Positions 1 through 8,348 of a stretch of DNA of 26,022 bases are shown here, piece after piece. The number at the start of each line of letters is the position of its first letter. Position 1 is the stretch's first letter. Position numbers and translations under genes: made by a program. Source of the stretch: a virus (taxonomy: Duplodnaviria > Caudoviricetes); IMG/VR virus record IMGVR_UViG_3300020045_000512, positions 1 through 26,022 of that record; one strand, written 5' to 3'. Under the pieces are notes generated by a model that was not told the DNA's origin, searched no databases, and saw only the letters and a list, made by a program, of their open reading frames with translations.

Positions 1-60
1 TGCTGATTGAGATATACCAGCCGTCATAGCAAGAGCCACCATTCCGTCAATCCGCCCAGA
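1..60 (-). repeat. Inverted copy of 1136..1195 (59/60 identical); probable chimeric contig end
   Basis: The reverse complement of 1..60 is tctgggcggattgacggaatggtggctcttgctatgAcggctggtatatctcaatcagca. 1136..1195 is the same apart from G at 1172. Confidence 0.95.
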
Positions 61-1246
61 ACTATCAAAAATTATTAGAGTTGTTCCAAGTCAAAAAGAA
101 TTATACGGACTGCCAATGAATACCGAGTATAAGGCTTTGGCAAAAGACGGGGCAACAAATATGGGTGGTAGCCCTTCGCTGTTAATCCTAGACGAAACTG
201 GTCAGGTTGTTGGCGCAAACGATGATTTTATTTCGGCGGTCATTACAAGTCAGGGAGCACACGAAGCACCATTGCGATTGGTTATCAGTACACAAGCCGC
301 TAATGACAGTGATTTACTTTCTATCTGGATTGATGACGCTTTGACTGGTAAAGACCCGCAAACGATATGCCACTTGTACGCCGCGCCACAAGATGCTGAT
401 GTTCTTGATGAGAAAGCGTGGCATGCGGCAAACCCTGCTTTGGGTAAGTTTAGAAACTTGGGTGATATGCAAAAAATGGCAAATGATGCAAGTCGTATGC
501 CTAGCTTTGAGAATAGCTTTAGGAATTTATACCTTAATCAACGTATTTCCGTAAACTCCCCATTTATTTCTCGCAACGCATGGCTATCCTGCGCTGATGA
601 AGTTTGCCCGATTGAGGAATGCGAAGAAATATTCGGCGGGCTGGACTTGTCTGGAAAGACCGACTTAACTTCGCTTGTGCTTTATGGACTGAAAGGCGGG
701 TTGTGGAATGCTTACCCATACTTCTGGACACCCGCTATAGGACTTTTAGAGCGTTCTAAGCGTGACCGTACCCCGTATGACGTGTGGAAGTCTATGGGGC
801 TTCTATCGACCACGCCAAGCGCAACAGTGGACTATGACTTCGTGGCAAAGGAAATTGCAGATATAACTTCTGGATTGAATGTTATCGCAATCGCATATGA
901 CAGGTGGCGGATTGACTTACTGAAAAAAGAACTAGATGAATTAGGAATTTCCCTTCCATTGGTTGAATTTGGCCAAGGATTTAAACAAATGAGTCCAGCA
1001 TTAGAGGCTATAGAATCGCATATTCTTAATAAAACACTAAGACACGGTGGGCATCCAGTGCTGACGATGTGCGCGAACAACGCAATGGTGACGCGCAATC
1101 CTGCGGGGGATAGAAAACTCGAAAAGATGAAAACCTCTGGGCGGATTGACGGAATGGTGGCTCTTGCTATGGCGGCTGGTATATCTCAATCAGCAGAAAA
1201 AGCTGGGGACATTAACGATTTTATAACGTCCCCAGTGATTTTATAA
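56..1246 (+). CDS. terL: Terminase large subunit, 5'-truncated (ORF track starts at internal Met 116)
   Basis: Walker B LLILDE, ISTQA coupling motif, nuclease motifs GLDLS..DL and RIDGMVALAMA. The terminase-like frame continues upstream of 116 (PELSKIIRVVPSQKELYGLP) to about 56. Walker A is absent. The gene lies upstream of the portal. Confidence 0.95.
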   Translation, partial: PELSKIIRVVPSQKELYGLPMNTEYKALAKDGATNMGGSPSLLILDETGQVVGANDDFISAVITSQGAHEAPLRLVISTQAANDSDLLSIWIDDALTGKDPQTICHLYAAPQDADVLDEKAWHAANPALGKFRNLGDMQKMANDASRMPSFENSFRNLYLNQRISVNSPFISRNAWLSCADEVCPIEECEEIFGGLDLSGKTDLTSLVLYGLKGGLWNAYPYFWTPAIGLLERSKRDRTPYDVWKSMGLLSTTPSATVDYDFVAKEIADITSGLNVIAIAYDRWRIDLLKKELDELGISLPLVEFGQGFKQMSPALEAIESHILNKTLRHGGHPVLTMCANNAMVTRNPAGDRKLEKMKTSGRIDGMVALAMAAGISQSAEKAGDINDFITSPVIL

Positions 1247-1942
1247 AAGCCTACCGTTTTCGTGTGCAAAAATAAATGGGTCTTTGTTGTATTTAGTTTG
1301 ATTACATCTAGGGCAAAGTAATTGAATGTTACTTATGTAATTTGTCCCGCCTTTTGTAAGTGGTTGAATATGGTCAATATGAAATTTGCCAAGCATAGAA
1401 AAACAAAAGGCGCATTTATTTTTTTGTTTTATTTCTAAGTTTTTTATATCTTCTGGCTTAAATGAGCCAATGGCATTTTTTTCTCTAAATCTTCTGTTTT
1501 GTTTAATGGTATTTATTTTGTTTCTATTTTCTTTAGCCCAAATGTTATATTTTTCTAGAATTAAATCTATATTCTTTTCTCTGTATATTTTTTTGGTTAC
1601 CCTAACTTTTTCTTTATTGTTTTTTATATAATTATTAGCTTTGTTAACATAATATGTTCTATTGTTTGAATAATGAATGCTGTTATATATTTTTATATTT
1701 TCTTTATTTTTATCTTTCCATTTTTTTGAGCTATTATTGTAAGACTCTTTATTTTTATTATAAGAAATTCTTACAAGCTCACGATGGCAAACCAAGCACT
1801 TGTCTTTTTTTACATATCTTTCTGATATATGTCCATTCTTACAAACATCGCCAATAAAATATTTGCTTAAATTTTGCTTTATAGCTTCCTCCTTTGTTAT
1901 TATTACCCCTAAAAATGGGGAGTACTCTTTTTTTACAGCCAT
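1241..1942 (-). CDS. Free-standing HNH endonuclease (putative homing endonuclease)
   Basis: C-terminal CAFC...HIDHIQPLTKGGTNYISNIQLLCPRCNQTK HNH/Zn motif. N-terminal CKNGH..ERY..KCLVC module typical of phage HNHs. Lys-rich helical middle. Visibly much more AT-rich than the flanks and antisense to the late operon. Confidence 0.92.
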   Translation of the reverse strand: MAVKKEYSPFLGVIITKEEAIKQNLSKYFIGDVCKNGHISERYVKKDKCLVCHRELVRISYNKNKESYNNSSKKWKDKNKENIKIYNSIHYSNNRTYYVNKANNYIKNNKEKVRVTKKIYREKNIDLILEKYNIWAKENRNKINTIKQNRRFREKNAIGSFKPEDIKNLEIKQKNKCAFCFSMLGKFHIDHIQPLTKGGTNYISNIQLLCPRCNQTKYNKDPFIFAHENGRLL

Positions 1943-1977
1943 ATTTTTTCTTTCTCTTGCAAAGTGGTCATATCCTT

Positions 1978-2005
1978 ATAATAACCTGATAAAATAAAAA
2001 GTCAA
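1978..2005 (-). promoter_or_regulatory. Putative sigma70-type promoter for the HNH gene
   Basis: Minus strand TTGACT(2005-2000)-N16-TATTAT(1983-1978), about 35 nt upstream of the HNH ATG. The AT-rich context raises the chance of a spurious match. Confidence 0.4.
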
Positions 2006-2021
2006 GATATGACACCAATGG

Positions 2022-2066
2022 CAAGGGGCTTTTGTTGATTTTGTAAATAATCCTCTTGTATTCTAG
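2022..2066 (+). pseudogene. Relic second copy of a terminase C-terminal peptide
   Basis: Reads QGAFVDFVNNPLVF*, which aligns without gaps to the terL end AGDINDFITSPVIL* (G-x3-DF-[VI]-x2-P-hydrophobic x3-stop). Confidence 0.6.
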
Positions 2067-2084
2067 GAATTAAATCTTTATACT
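2056..2084 (+). promoter_or_regulatory. Putative sigma70-type promoter upstream of portal
   Basis: TTGTAT(2056-2061)-N17-TATACT(2079-2084), 28 nt before the ATG at 2113. Confidence 0.5.
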
Positions 2085-2112
2085 ACTTGTGAATTATCAA
2101 AAAGGGTTAAAT

Positions 2113-3336
2113 ATGGCACTATGGCGTAACCTTTGGGGTTTCGTATCTGGAGCAGGAGGCCGACAAGACGGCTTGCAAAATCCAGCCCCGACAAATGGAA
2201 ATACTGCACCTGTTAGCGTAACACTTGAAACGGCCTTGCAATTATCTGCGGTGTGGTCGTGTGTTCGGTTGATTTCCGAAAGTGTTGCATCTCTACCAAT
2301 TAACATTTATAAAATCATGCCTAATGGCGAAAGAATATTAGACAGGGAACATCCTCTGTCTATGCTTTTCAACGGAAAGCCTAATCGCTGGCAGACCCGC
2401 CAAGAGTTTTTTGAGACTATGACCTATCAGATTGTTCTTCTAGGCAACTGTTACGCCATGAAGCAAAAAGACACGAAGGGCAATATCATCGGACTTGTGC
2501 CTTTAATGTCACAACAAATGGAAGTTGAATTATTATCGACTAACGCCATTGCATACAAATATCAAGACGGAACAAGCGTTAAGGTTTATTCAGAGGATTC
2601 AATCTGGCACAATAAACTTTTCGGCAATGGAATTATCGGACTATCTCCTTTGGCGTTTGCTCGCAATTCTATAGGGGTAGGGCAAGCCGCAGAAGCCTCG
2701 ACTGGTAAAATATACCGCAATGGCGGAAAGCCATCTGGTGTGCTTTATATCGACAAAATCTTGACTAAAGAACAGCGCGACCAGATTAAAGCTAATTTTT
2801 CTGAATTGGCAGAGGGAAACAATGACCGCCTATTTGTTTTAGAAGCAAATATGAAATATGAGCAGGTGTCTCTTTCCCCGAATGATATTGAATTGTTGGC
2901 TTCCCGCAGATTCCAGATTGAGGATATTGCCCGTTTCTTTGGCGTTCCGAGCGTTTTGATTAACGACACGTCCGCAGGGACAACATGGGGTTCTGGTATT
3001 CAGCAAATCGTGCAAGGGTTTTATAAACTTGGTTTGCGCCCGTATCTTGAGAGATATGAGGCTAGTATGAAAGCTAACCTTTTGAGCGCAGAAGATAGAT
3101 TGAAATACGATATTGAGTTTGATTTTAACGCATTGCTACGTCCAGACCAAGCCGAACGGGTTAAGTCCTATAAGGAAGCCGTCACGGGCGGGATTATGAC
3201 CCCGAATGAAGCGCGTCTTTGCGAGGGGTGGAAGCCACAAGATGGCGGCGATAAATTATTTATGCAACAGCAAATGTTGCCAATTGATAGCGATTTAAGA
3301 GGGGGTTCTAATGGAACAACAGAAAATCAAGTTTAA
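2113..3336 (+). CDS. HK97-family portal protein
   Basis: Motifs ALQLSAVWSCVRLISESVASLP, KPNRWQT, GLSPL, EDIARFFGVP and GIMTPNEAR. ATG 2113 follows aaaggg, while the ORF track extends to GTG 2089. Confidence 0.96.
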   Translation: MALWRNLWGFVSGAGGRQDGLQNPAPTNGNTAPVSVTLETALQLSAVWSCVRLISESVASLPINIYKIMPNGERILDREHPLSMLFNGKPNRWQTRQEFFETMTYQIVLLGNCYAMKQKDTKGNIIGLVPLMSQQMEVELLSTNAIAYKYQDGTSVKVYSEDSIWHNKLFGNGIIGLSPLAFARNSIGVGQAAEASTGKIYRNGGKPSGVLYIDKILTKEQRDQIKANFSELAEGNNDRLFVLEANMKYEQVSLSPNDIELLASRRFQIEDIARFFGVPSVLINDTSAGTTWGSGIQQIVQGFYKLGLRPYLERYEASMKANLLSAEDRLKYDIEFDFNALLRPDQAERVKSYKEAVTGGIMTPNEARLCEGWKPQDGGDKLFMQQQMLPIDSDLRGGSNGTTENQV

Positions 3337-4108
3337 ATGGGAAGTGCCAGTACAGGCTCTTGAAAAATGGGATAGAACTATCGTTGCCAAAGACGATGGC
3401 GGCGTTTCGATTAACGTCTATTCAACCATTGGCGAGTTTGGTGACGGCGCGGGTATGACTGCAAAGATTGTATCTTCAATCCTTCGCGGCGCGGCTGGAA
3501 AACCTGTTACCGTGAATATTAATTCAGGCGGCGGAGATTTCTTTGAGGGTTTAGCAATCAATACTTTACTTTCAGAATACGAAGGCGATGTGACTGTTAA
3601 GGTTGTCGGGCTTGCCGCTAGTGCCGCATCTGTGGTTGCTATGGCTGGTGACGAGATTAAAATCGCTGAAAGTGCTTTCTTGATGATACATAACTCATGG
3701 ACGTTTGCCATGGGCAACAAGAATGACATGAAAGAAGTTGCTGATATGCTTTCGAAGTTTGACGAAAGCATGGCTGGTCTTTATGCCAAGAAAACAGGCA
3801 AAGACGAAAAAGAAATTAAAAAGATGATGGACGCTGAAACATGGATTCAGGGTTCGAGCGCAGTAGAGCAAAAATTCGCTCATGCTGTTTTGGGTTCTGA
3901 TAATGTTGACAAAAGCGAAGATGTGGAATATGCTAACAGTGCATTAAAGCGGGTGGATATAGAACTTGCCAAGGCGGGTATGCCTAGAAGCGAACGCCGC
4001 GCTTTAATCAAAGATTTAACGGGTACGCCGTGCGCTGCCTCGACTATGCCGTGCGCTAGTGACTTAGTGGATGCTCTCGCATCTCTTTTGAAAACGGTCA
4101 AACAATAG
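3311..4108 (+). CDS. ClpP-like (S14) prohead maturation protease
   Basis: Motifs INSGGGDFFEG, GLAASAAS (Ser nucleophile), LMIHN and MDAETW. Lies between portal and capsid. Confidence 0.95.
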   Translation: MEQQKIKFKWEVPVQALEKWDRTIVAKDDGGVSINVYSTIGEFGDGAGMTAKIVSSILRGAAGKPVTVNINSGGGDFFEGLAINTLLSEYEGDVTVKVVGLAASAASVVAMAGDEIKIAESAFLMIHNSWTFAMGNKNDMKEVADMLSKFDESMAGLYAKKTGKDEKEIKKMMDAETWIQGSSAVEQKFAHAVLGSDNVDKSEDVEYANSALKRVDIELAKAGMPRSERRALIKDLTGTPCAASTMPCASDLVDALASLLKTVKQ

Positions 4109-4121
4109 TTGAGGAAACAAA

Positions 4122-5312
4122 ATGGCTGATAAAGACCCTATCGCTCTTGTAAGCGAAATTAATGCTTCTATGGAAAGCATGAAAAAAGACAATGCTGCTA
4201 TTACAGCAGAATTGAAAACCGCGATGCAATCTTCTGGTACGGACGCTAAAGCTGCAATTGAAAAAGCAGACGCTCTGGCGATGAAACTTGCCGCACAAGC
4301 TGACAGCATTGTGGCACTTGAGCAAAAACTTGCTGAAGGTGTCCAAGCTGGTAAAGCTGCCCCAGAAACTTTAGGCCGTATGATTATTAAATCAGACGCG
4401 TTCAAAGAATTTGCCGCTGGTAATAGCAATAAAATGCGCGTTCAAGCTAACACAATTACAGGTCAAGATGGTGGTTCTCCTCCATTGAACTCTGATGTTT
4501 TGGTTGCCCCACAACGTCTCGGCGGAATTATTCCAGGCGCTTTTCGCGCCTTGCGTATCCGTGACATTATGCCTTCAGGCGTAACTACTTCTAACGCTGT
4601 TGAATATACTCGCGAATTGGCTTTCACCAATAACGCGGCAGAGACAGCAGAGGGCGCGGCAAAACCTGAATCTGCACTGACCTTTGAGTTGGTATCCGCA
4701 CCAGTCCGCACAATCGCCCACTTCCTGAAAGTATCTAAACAGGTTTTGGAAGATAGTGCTGCTTTGGAAAGTTATATCAATACACGCCTTCGTTATGGTG
4801 TGGATTTGAAAACAGACAGCCAAATCATTAATGGTACTGGCTCTGGTCAACAAATCTCTGGTATTACAAAATCAGGCAACTACACTGCATTTACACCAGT
4901 AACAGGTGAAAACGCATTGGATAGCATTAACCGCGCAATCTATGCGGCTTATGCGGCTGATTATGCACCAAACGCAATCGTTCTTAACCCTGCTGATTGG
5001 GGCGCAATTGAGCGTACCAAGGTTGGCACTTCCGATGTTCGTTATGTCGTAGGTAATCCAACTGGGTCACTCGGCCCGACACTTTGGGGCTTGCCTGTTG
5101 TCGTGACTAACAACCTTGCTTCTGGCAAGTTGATTGTTGGCGCGTTCGACATCGCCTTCCAAGTATGGGATAGAATGGGCACTGTAGTTGAAATGTTCGA
5201 GCAAGATTCCGACAACGTTCAGAAAAACCTTCTGACCGTCCGTGCGGAAAACCGTTTGACATTGGCTTCTTACCGCCCTGCTTCTGTTTTCTACGGTAAT
5301 ACAACCGCCTAA
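4122..5312 (+). CDS. HK97-fold major capsid protein
   Basis: Helical N-terminal delta/scaffold region, then AETAEGAAKPES, VRTIAHF..VSKQVLED, LNPADW, LWGLPVV and KNLLTVRAENR. RBS gagg. Confidence 0.97.
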   Translation: MADKDPIALVSEINASMESMKKDNAAITAELKTAMQSSGTDAKAAIEKADALAMKLAAQADSIVALEQKLAEGVQAGKAAPETLGRMIIKSDAFKEFAAGNSNKMRVQANTITGQDGGSPPLNSDVLVAPQRLGGIIPGAFRALRIRDIMPSGVTTSNAVEYTRELAFTNNAAETAEGAAKPESALTFELVSAPVRTIAHFLKVSKQVLEDSAALESYINTRLRYGVDLKTDSQIINGTGSGQQISGITKSGNYTAFTPVTGENALDSINRAIYAAYAADYAPNAIVLNPADWGAIERTKVGTSDVRYVVGNPTGSLGPTLWGLPVVVTNNLASGKLIVGAFDIAFQVWDRMGTVVEMFEQDSDNVQKNLLTVRAENRLTLASYRPASVFYGNTTA

Positions 5313-5319
5313 TTTAATA

Positions 5320-5343
5320 GAGCGGAGGGTAAATCCTCCGTTC
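5320..5343 (+). terminator. Stem-loop after the capsid gene (attenuator or mRNA-stability hairpin)
   Basis: gagcggagg-gtaaat-cctccgttc forms a 9-bp stem with one G-U pair. There is no strong U tract. Confidence 0.5.
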
Positions 5344-5360
5344 GCTTAAGTGAGGTAATA

Positions 5361-5594
5361 ATGAAAATTAAATTTGTTCAAGAGTTTGTATCTCCATCTT
5401 TAGGCAATGTCTGGATTGGCCGTATTATGGCGGTTGAAAAAGATATAGCTGAAAAAATGTTACGCATGGGATACGCGGAAGAATTAAAAGAGGAAGTAAA
5501 TGGCGATAGCAAACATATTGACGTTGACGGAAGTCAAGAGCCACCTGCGGATAGACCAAAACGCGGAAGACGCGCTTCTACAAATCTATCTTGA
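5361..5594 (+). CDS. Small hypothetical protein downstream of capsid, with a basic C-terminal tail
   Basis: Strong RBS gaggt. The pattern AEKMLRMGYAEE plus a KRGRR tail resembles small post-capsid phage proteins. Overlaps the next gene by 95 nt. Confidence 0.7.
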   Translation: MKIKFVQEFVSPSLGNVWIGRIMAVEKDIAEKMLRMGYAEELKEEVNGDSKHIDVDGSQEPPADRPKRGRRASTNLS

Positions 5595-5808
5595 TGCGGC
5601 GGAAGAGCATATTGAGAAATATCTTAATCAGCCAATCATGGGAAAAGCGGACAGCCCTGTTTCGACACCAAGCGCAATTAAGGCGGCTTGTCTTTTGATT
5701 ATTGGTGACTTGTACGAAAACCGCGAGGGCGCAGGTGAAAAAGAAGTTAAAGAAAACATGGCTGTTCAAAGATTATTGCACCCATATAGAATTGGAATTG
5801 GCATATGA
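5500..5808 (+). CDS. Head-tail connector (HK97 gp6 / SPP1 gp15-like)
   Basis: Motifs LTLTEVKSHLRID..EDALL..YLDAA, KAACLLIIGDLYENRE and LLHPYR. RBS gagg. Confidence 0.93.
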   Translation: MAIANILTLTEVKSHLRIDQNAEDALLQIYLDAAEEHIEKYLNQPIMGKADSPVSTPSAIKAACLLIIGDLYENREGAGEKEVKENMAVQRLLHPYRIGIGI

Positions 5809-6149
5809 TACAGGCAAATTTTAATTATAAAAATAACGCTTTATTGACGCTTCCTCCGATTACCGCGACATATGGCGATGATATAAGAATTACGCTTAAT
5901 CAGCATGACAAGTATGGTGCTGTTGCAAACTACGGATCTCATGTTTTAACATTATTGTTTTCAAGTAAATCAGATAATGCCCTTTTGCATAGCGTTACAG
6001 GTTCAAAATCAGGCCATGTTGGAACTTTTGAAATAGACACATCTGATTTGCCGAGTGCGGGTGATTATAAATATCAATTCCTTTGCACTGATGGGAATGA
6101 AGATGTTTACGCAATTGGAACTTTAAAACTTAACTCTTTAATCGAATAG
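5805..6149 (+). CDS. Hypothetical beta-sandwich (BppU-N/Ig-like) virion-associated protein
   Basis: ATGA overlap with the connector gene. The pattern YGDD..ITL..D..G, DTSDL..AGDYKYQ..GTL resembles BppU-N-like domains. Confidence 0.55.
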   Translation: MIQANFNYKNNALLTLPPITATYGDDIRITLNQHDKYGAVANYGSHVLTLLFSSKSDNALLHSVTGSKSGHVGTFEIDTSDLPSAGDYKYQFLCTDGNEDVYAIGTLKLNSLIE

Positions 6150-6443
6150 GTGATTTACATGGATATTATGGCGCAAACTTGCCCTAAAAACGGACAACAT
6201 TTTTCTACATCTGGCACAAGCGCAAGAAATACAACCGCGCTAACGGCTTCACTTGTTACAATTCATGCAAGCGCAGACGTATATATTAAACTTGGTGCAT
6301 CTGATGTTGTTGCGTCTTCTTCTAACTATGATTTCCATGTTGTTTCTGGTCAGTATTTTTACTTGCGCACGAATGGCTCTACACATATTGCCGCTATTCA
6401 AGTAACTGCGGCTGGCGTATTCTACATTAATGAAGAACGCTAA
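6150..6443 (+). CDS. Small Ser/Thr/Ala-rich beta protein, possible virion decoration protein
   Basis: STSGTSARNTTALTASLVTIHASADVYIKLG...HIAAIQVTAAGVFYINE. It sits in the structural operon. The start may be a downstream ATG. Confidence 0.6.
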   Translation: MIYMDIMAQTCPKNGQHFSTSGTSARNTTALTASLVTIHASADVYIKLGASDVVASSSNYDFHVVSGQYFYLRTNGSTHIAAIQVTAAGVFYINEER

Positions 6444-7014
6444 AACCGTAATTTGTATAGCAACTGGTTCATCCATTACTTTGCAAGATGTTGAATTTTG
6501 CCAAGGTAAGGGAAAACTTTATGCGGTAAAAGAAGCTATATTATATGCGCCGTTTGCGGACATTCTTTATTCTGCTGATACTGATTGGTGGGATTTAAAA
6601 GATAGATGGCAATCATTTACTGGGAAAAAATGGACAGTATCAAGCGAGGCCGCCTTAAAATATAATCTAAACCACATTGAATATGACCCAAAAATCATAT
6701 GGTCTGATAAACAAGGTTTAATTGCAAGCGGTGGCAATAGTGGATTTCAGGCAATCAATCTTGCTTATTTACACGGCGCAGAACGTATTATCCTACTTGG
6801 ATACGACATGGGATATAAATCCCAAAAGCATTTTTTTGATAAGACACATAAAAGAGACAGCCGTAATAGTGACTATCATAAATGGTTGGAACATTTTGAG
6901 AAAGCGTCTAAAGTCATTCCAATTGAGATAATAAACTGCACAAGAGAAACCTCATTAGAATGTTTCCCTAGAATGAGTTTAGAAGATGCTTTCAGTTTGC
7001 CGCCAAAAGAATGA
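6430..7014 (+). CDS. Maf/DUF115 (MptE-like) / CST-II-like glycosyltransferase-family protein
   Basis: Motifs VICIATGSSI, YSAD..WW, GGNSGFQAINLAYLHGAERIILLGYDM, HFF and IINCT..TSLECFP are characteristic of this family. Confidence 0.75.
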   Translation: MKNAKTVICIATGSSITLQDVEFCQGKGKLYAVKEAILYAPFADILYSADTDWWDLKDRWQSFTGKKWTVSSEAALKYNLNHIEYDPKIIWSDKQGLIASGGNSGFQAINLAYLHGAERIILLGYDMGYKSQKHFFDKTHKRDSRNSDYHKWLEHFEKASKVIPIEIINCTRETSLECFPRMSLEDAFSLPPKE

Positions 7015-7708
7015 ATTAACTAGCCCGAAATTCTGCGAAGCGTTTGCAGAGGGGTGTGGCGGCGTTGTTTCTGATAACTATCACGGCGGAGATTGGGCTG
7101 GATTTGCTAGTCCTGATAATTGGGAAGATGTACAAAAGGCAAAATCCAATGGGTTCGATTTTTACTATGGTGACCACGGGTATTTTGGCAGACGGCAATT
7201 TTACCGCATAACCAAAAATGACTATCAACATGACGGGAATGGTTATTCAGATTGTTCTAGGTTTGATTATTTCGGGATTGATATAAAGCCTTGGCATCAG
7301 GGTGATTATGTCGTTATCTGCCCTCAATCTGATGTATTTATGTGGCTTCATGGGATTGAAATAGACGAATGGATAAATGATTGCATTCAAGAAATTCAAA
7401 AACATACAGATAAAAAAATATTCATAAGGAATAAACGCGATTTAAAGCCCCTACAAAGGGTTTTAGATAGGGCGTATTGCATAGTCACCTATTCGTCTAA
7501 TATTGCTGTTGACGCCATTCTTTCTGGCGTTCCAGCTATATGTTTAGGTAAGTGCGTCGCAAGCAGAATGTCGGTTGATAGTATTTCTAAAATAAATGAT
7601 TTATACAGACCAGAAAACAGACTTGAATGGGCTGGCGTTTTGGCAGATAATCAGTGGACGTTACAAGAGATAAAAAGCGGTGACGCTTGGAGGAAATTAA
7701 ATGTTTAA
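6986..7708 (+). CDS. Capsule-synthesis (KpsS/KpsC-like) GT-B glycosyltransferase-like protein
   Basis: Motifs FYYGDHGYF, IKPW..VVICPQS, IFIRNK, CIVTYSSNIAVDAILSGVP and QWTLQEIKSGDAW match the Capsule_synth-like C-terminal signature. Confidence 0.7.
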   Translation: MLSVCRQKNELTSPKFCEAFAEGCGGVVSDNYHGGDWAGFASPDNWEDVQKAKSNGFDFYYGDHGYFGRRQFYRITKNDYQHDGNGYSDCSRFDYFGIDIKPWHQGDYVVICPQSDVFMWLHGIEIDEWINDCIQEIQKHTDKKIFIRNKRDLKPLQRVLDRAYCIVTYSSNIAVDAILSGVPAICLGKCVASRMSVDSISKINDLYRPENRLEWAGVLADNQWTLQEIKSGDAWRKLNV

Positions 7709-8348
7709 ATTTGATAAATGGTGGTTTCCAGACGGTGAAACGCATATGCCCGAATGGATGTCAAAGGTAGGGCAATCCCGTAATGGTCGCTTATCCTATC
7801 AGGGGGGGAAATATCAAGAGGCATTAACTCACGTTAAAAGAAAAAAAGTAGCTATAGATATTGGGGCGCATATAGGATTATGGTCTTATAATATGAGCCA
7901 TGATTTTGATAGGGTTATTTGTTTCGAGCCTCTGCCAAGTCATATTGATTGTTGGAAAATGAATATGTTCGGTTGCGGAAACGCTGAATTGCATGAGGTC
8001 GCGCTGGGGGATAAAAAGGGAAGCGTTTCTTTGTCTGAAATGACTAACGGGTCAAGCGGAGACACCCATATCACGGGTGACGGTGATATTCCTATGGTAA
8101 CATTAGATAGCCTGCATATTCTATGGGTTGATTTCATTAAAATTGACTGCGAGGGGTACGAGTTGAATGTTCTTAAGGGGGCGCAAAACCTACTTAAAAG
8201 ATGCAAGCCTGTTATTGTAGTTGAGCAAAAAGGCAATATGGCTGAAAAATACGGGTTAGAGAAATTGGGTGCAGTCAACTACCTAGAAAAGCTAGGCTAT
8301 TCAGTAAAATCAGAAATAGCAGGGGATTATATATTATCATGGGACTAG
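7701..8348 (+). CDS. FkbM-family SAM-dependent methyltransferase
   Basis: Motifs AIDIGAHIGLWS, ICFEP, VALG, TLDSL, DFIKIDCEGYELNVLKGA and KPVIVVE. Confidence 0.92.
   Translation: MFKFDKWWFPDGETHMPEWMSKVGQSRNGRLSYQGGKYQEALTHVKRKKVAIDIGAHIGLWSYNMSHDFDRVICFEPLPSHIDCWKMNMFGCGNAELHEVALGDKKGSVSLSEMTNGSSGDTHITGDGDIPMVTLDSLHILWVDFIKIDCEGYELNVLKGAQNLLKRCKPVIVVEQKGNMAEKYGLEKLGAVNYLEKLGYSVKSEIAGDYILSWD

Noticed and set aside
1957-1982. Plus-strand TTGCAA…TATAAT promoter
   Set aside because: The spacer is only 14 nt.
1386-1997. Hydrophobic plus-strand ORFs within the HNH region
   Set aside because: Phe/Leu/Ile richness simply mirrors the Lys/Asn-rich AT-biased HNH gene on the other strand.
1241-2066. 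Group I intron or intein in terL
   Set aside because: terL has a complete C-terminus and stop before the HNH, the HNH is antisense, and there is too little non-coding sequence for a ribozyme core.
4027-4057. 10-bp direct repeat gccgtgcgct (TPCAA/MPCAS) at the protease C-terminus
   Set aside because: Only two copies, and short TP.AA-like repeats are common in tails of phage Clp proteases. There is no evidence for a DNA-level function.
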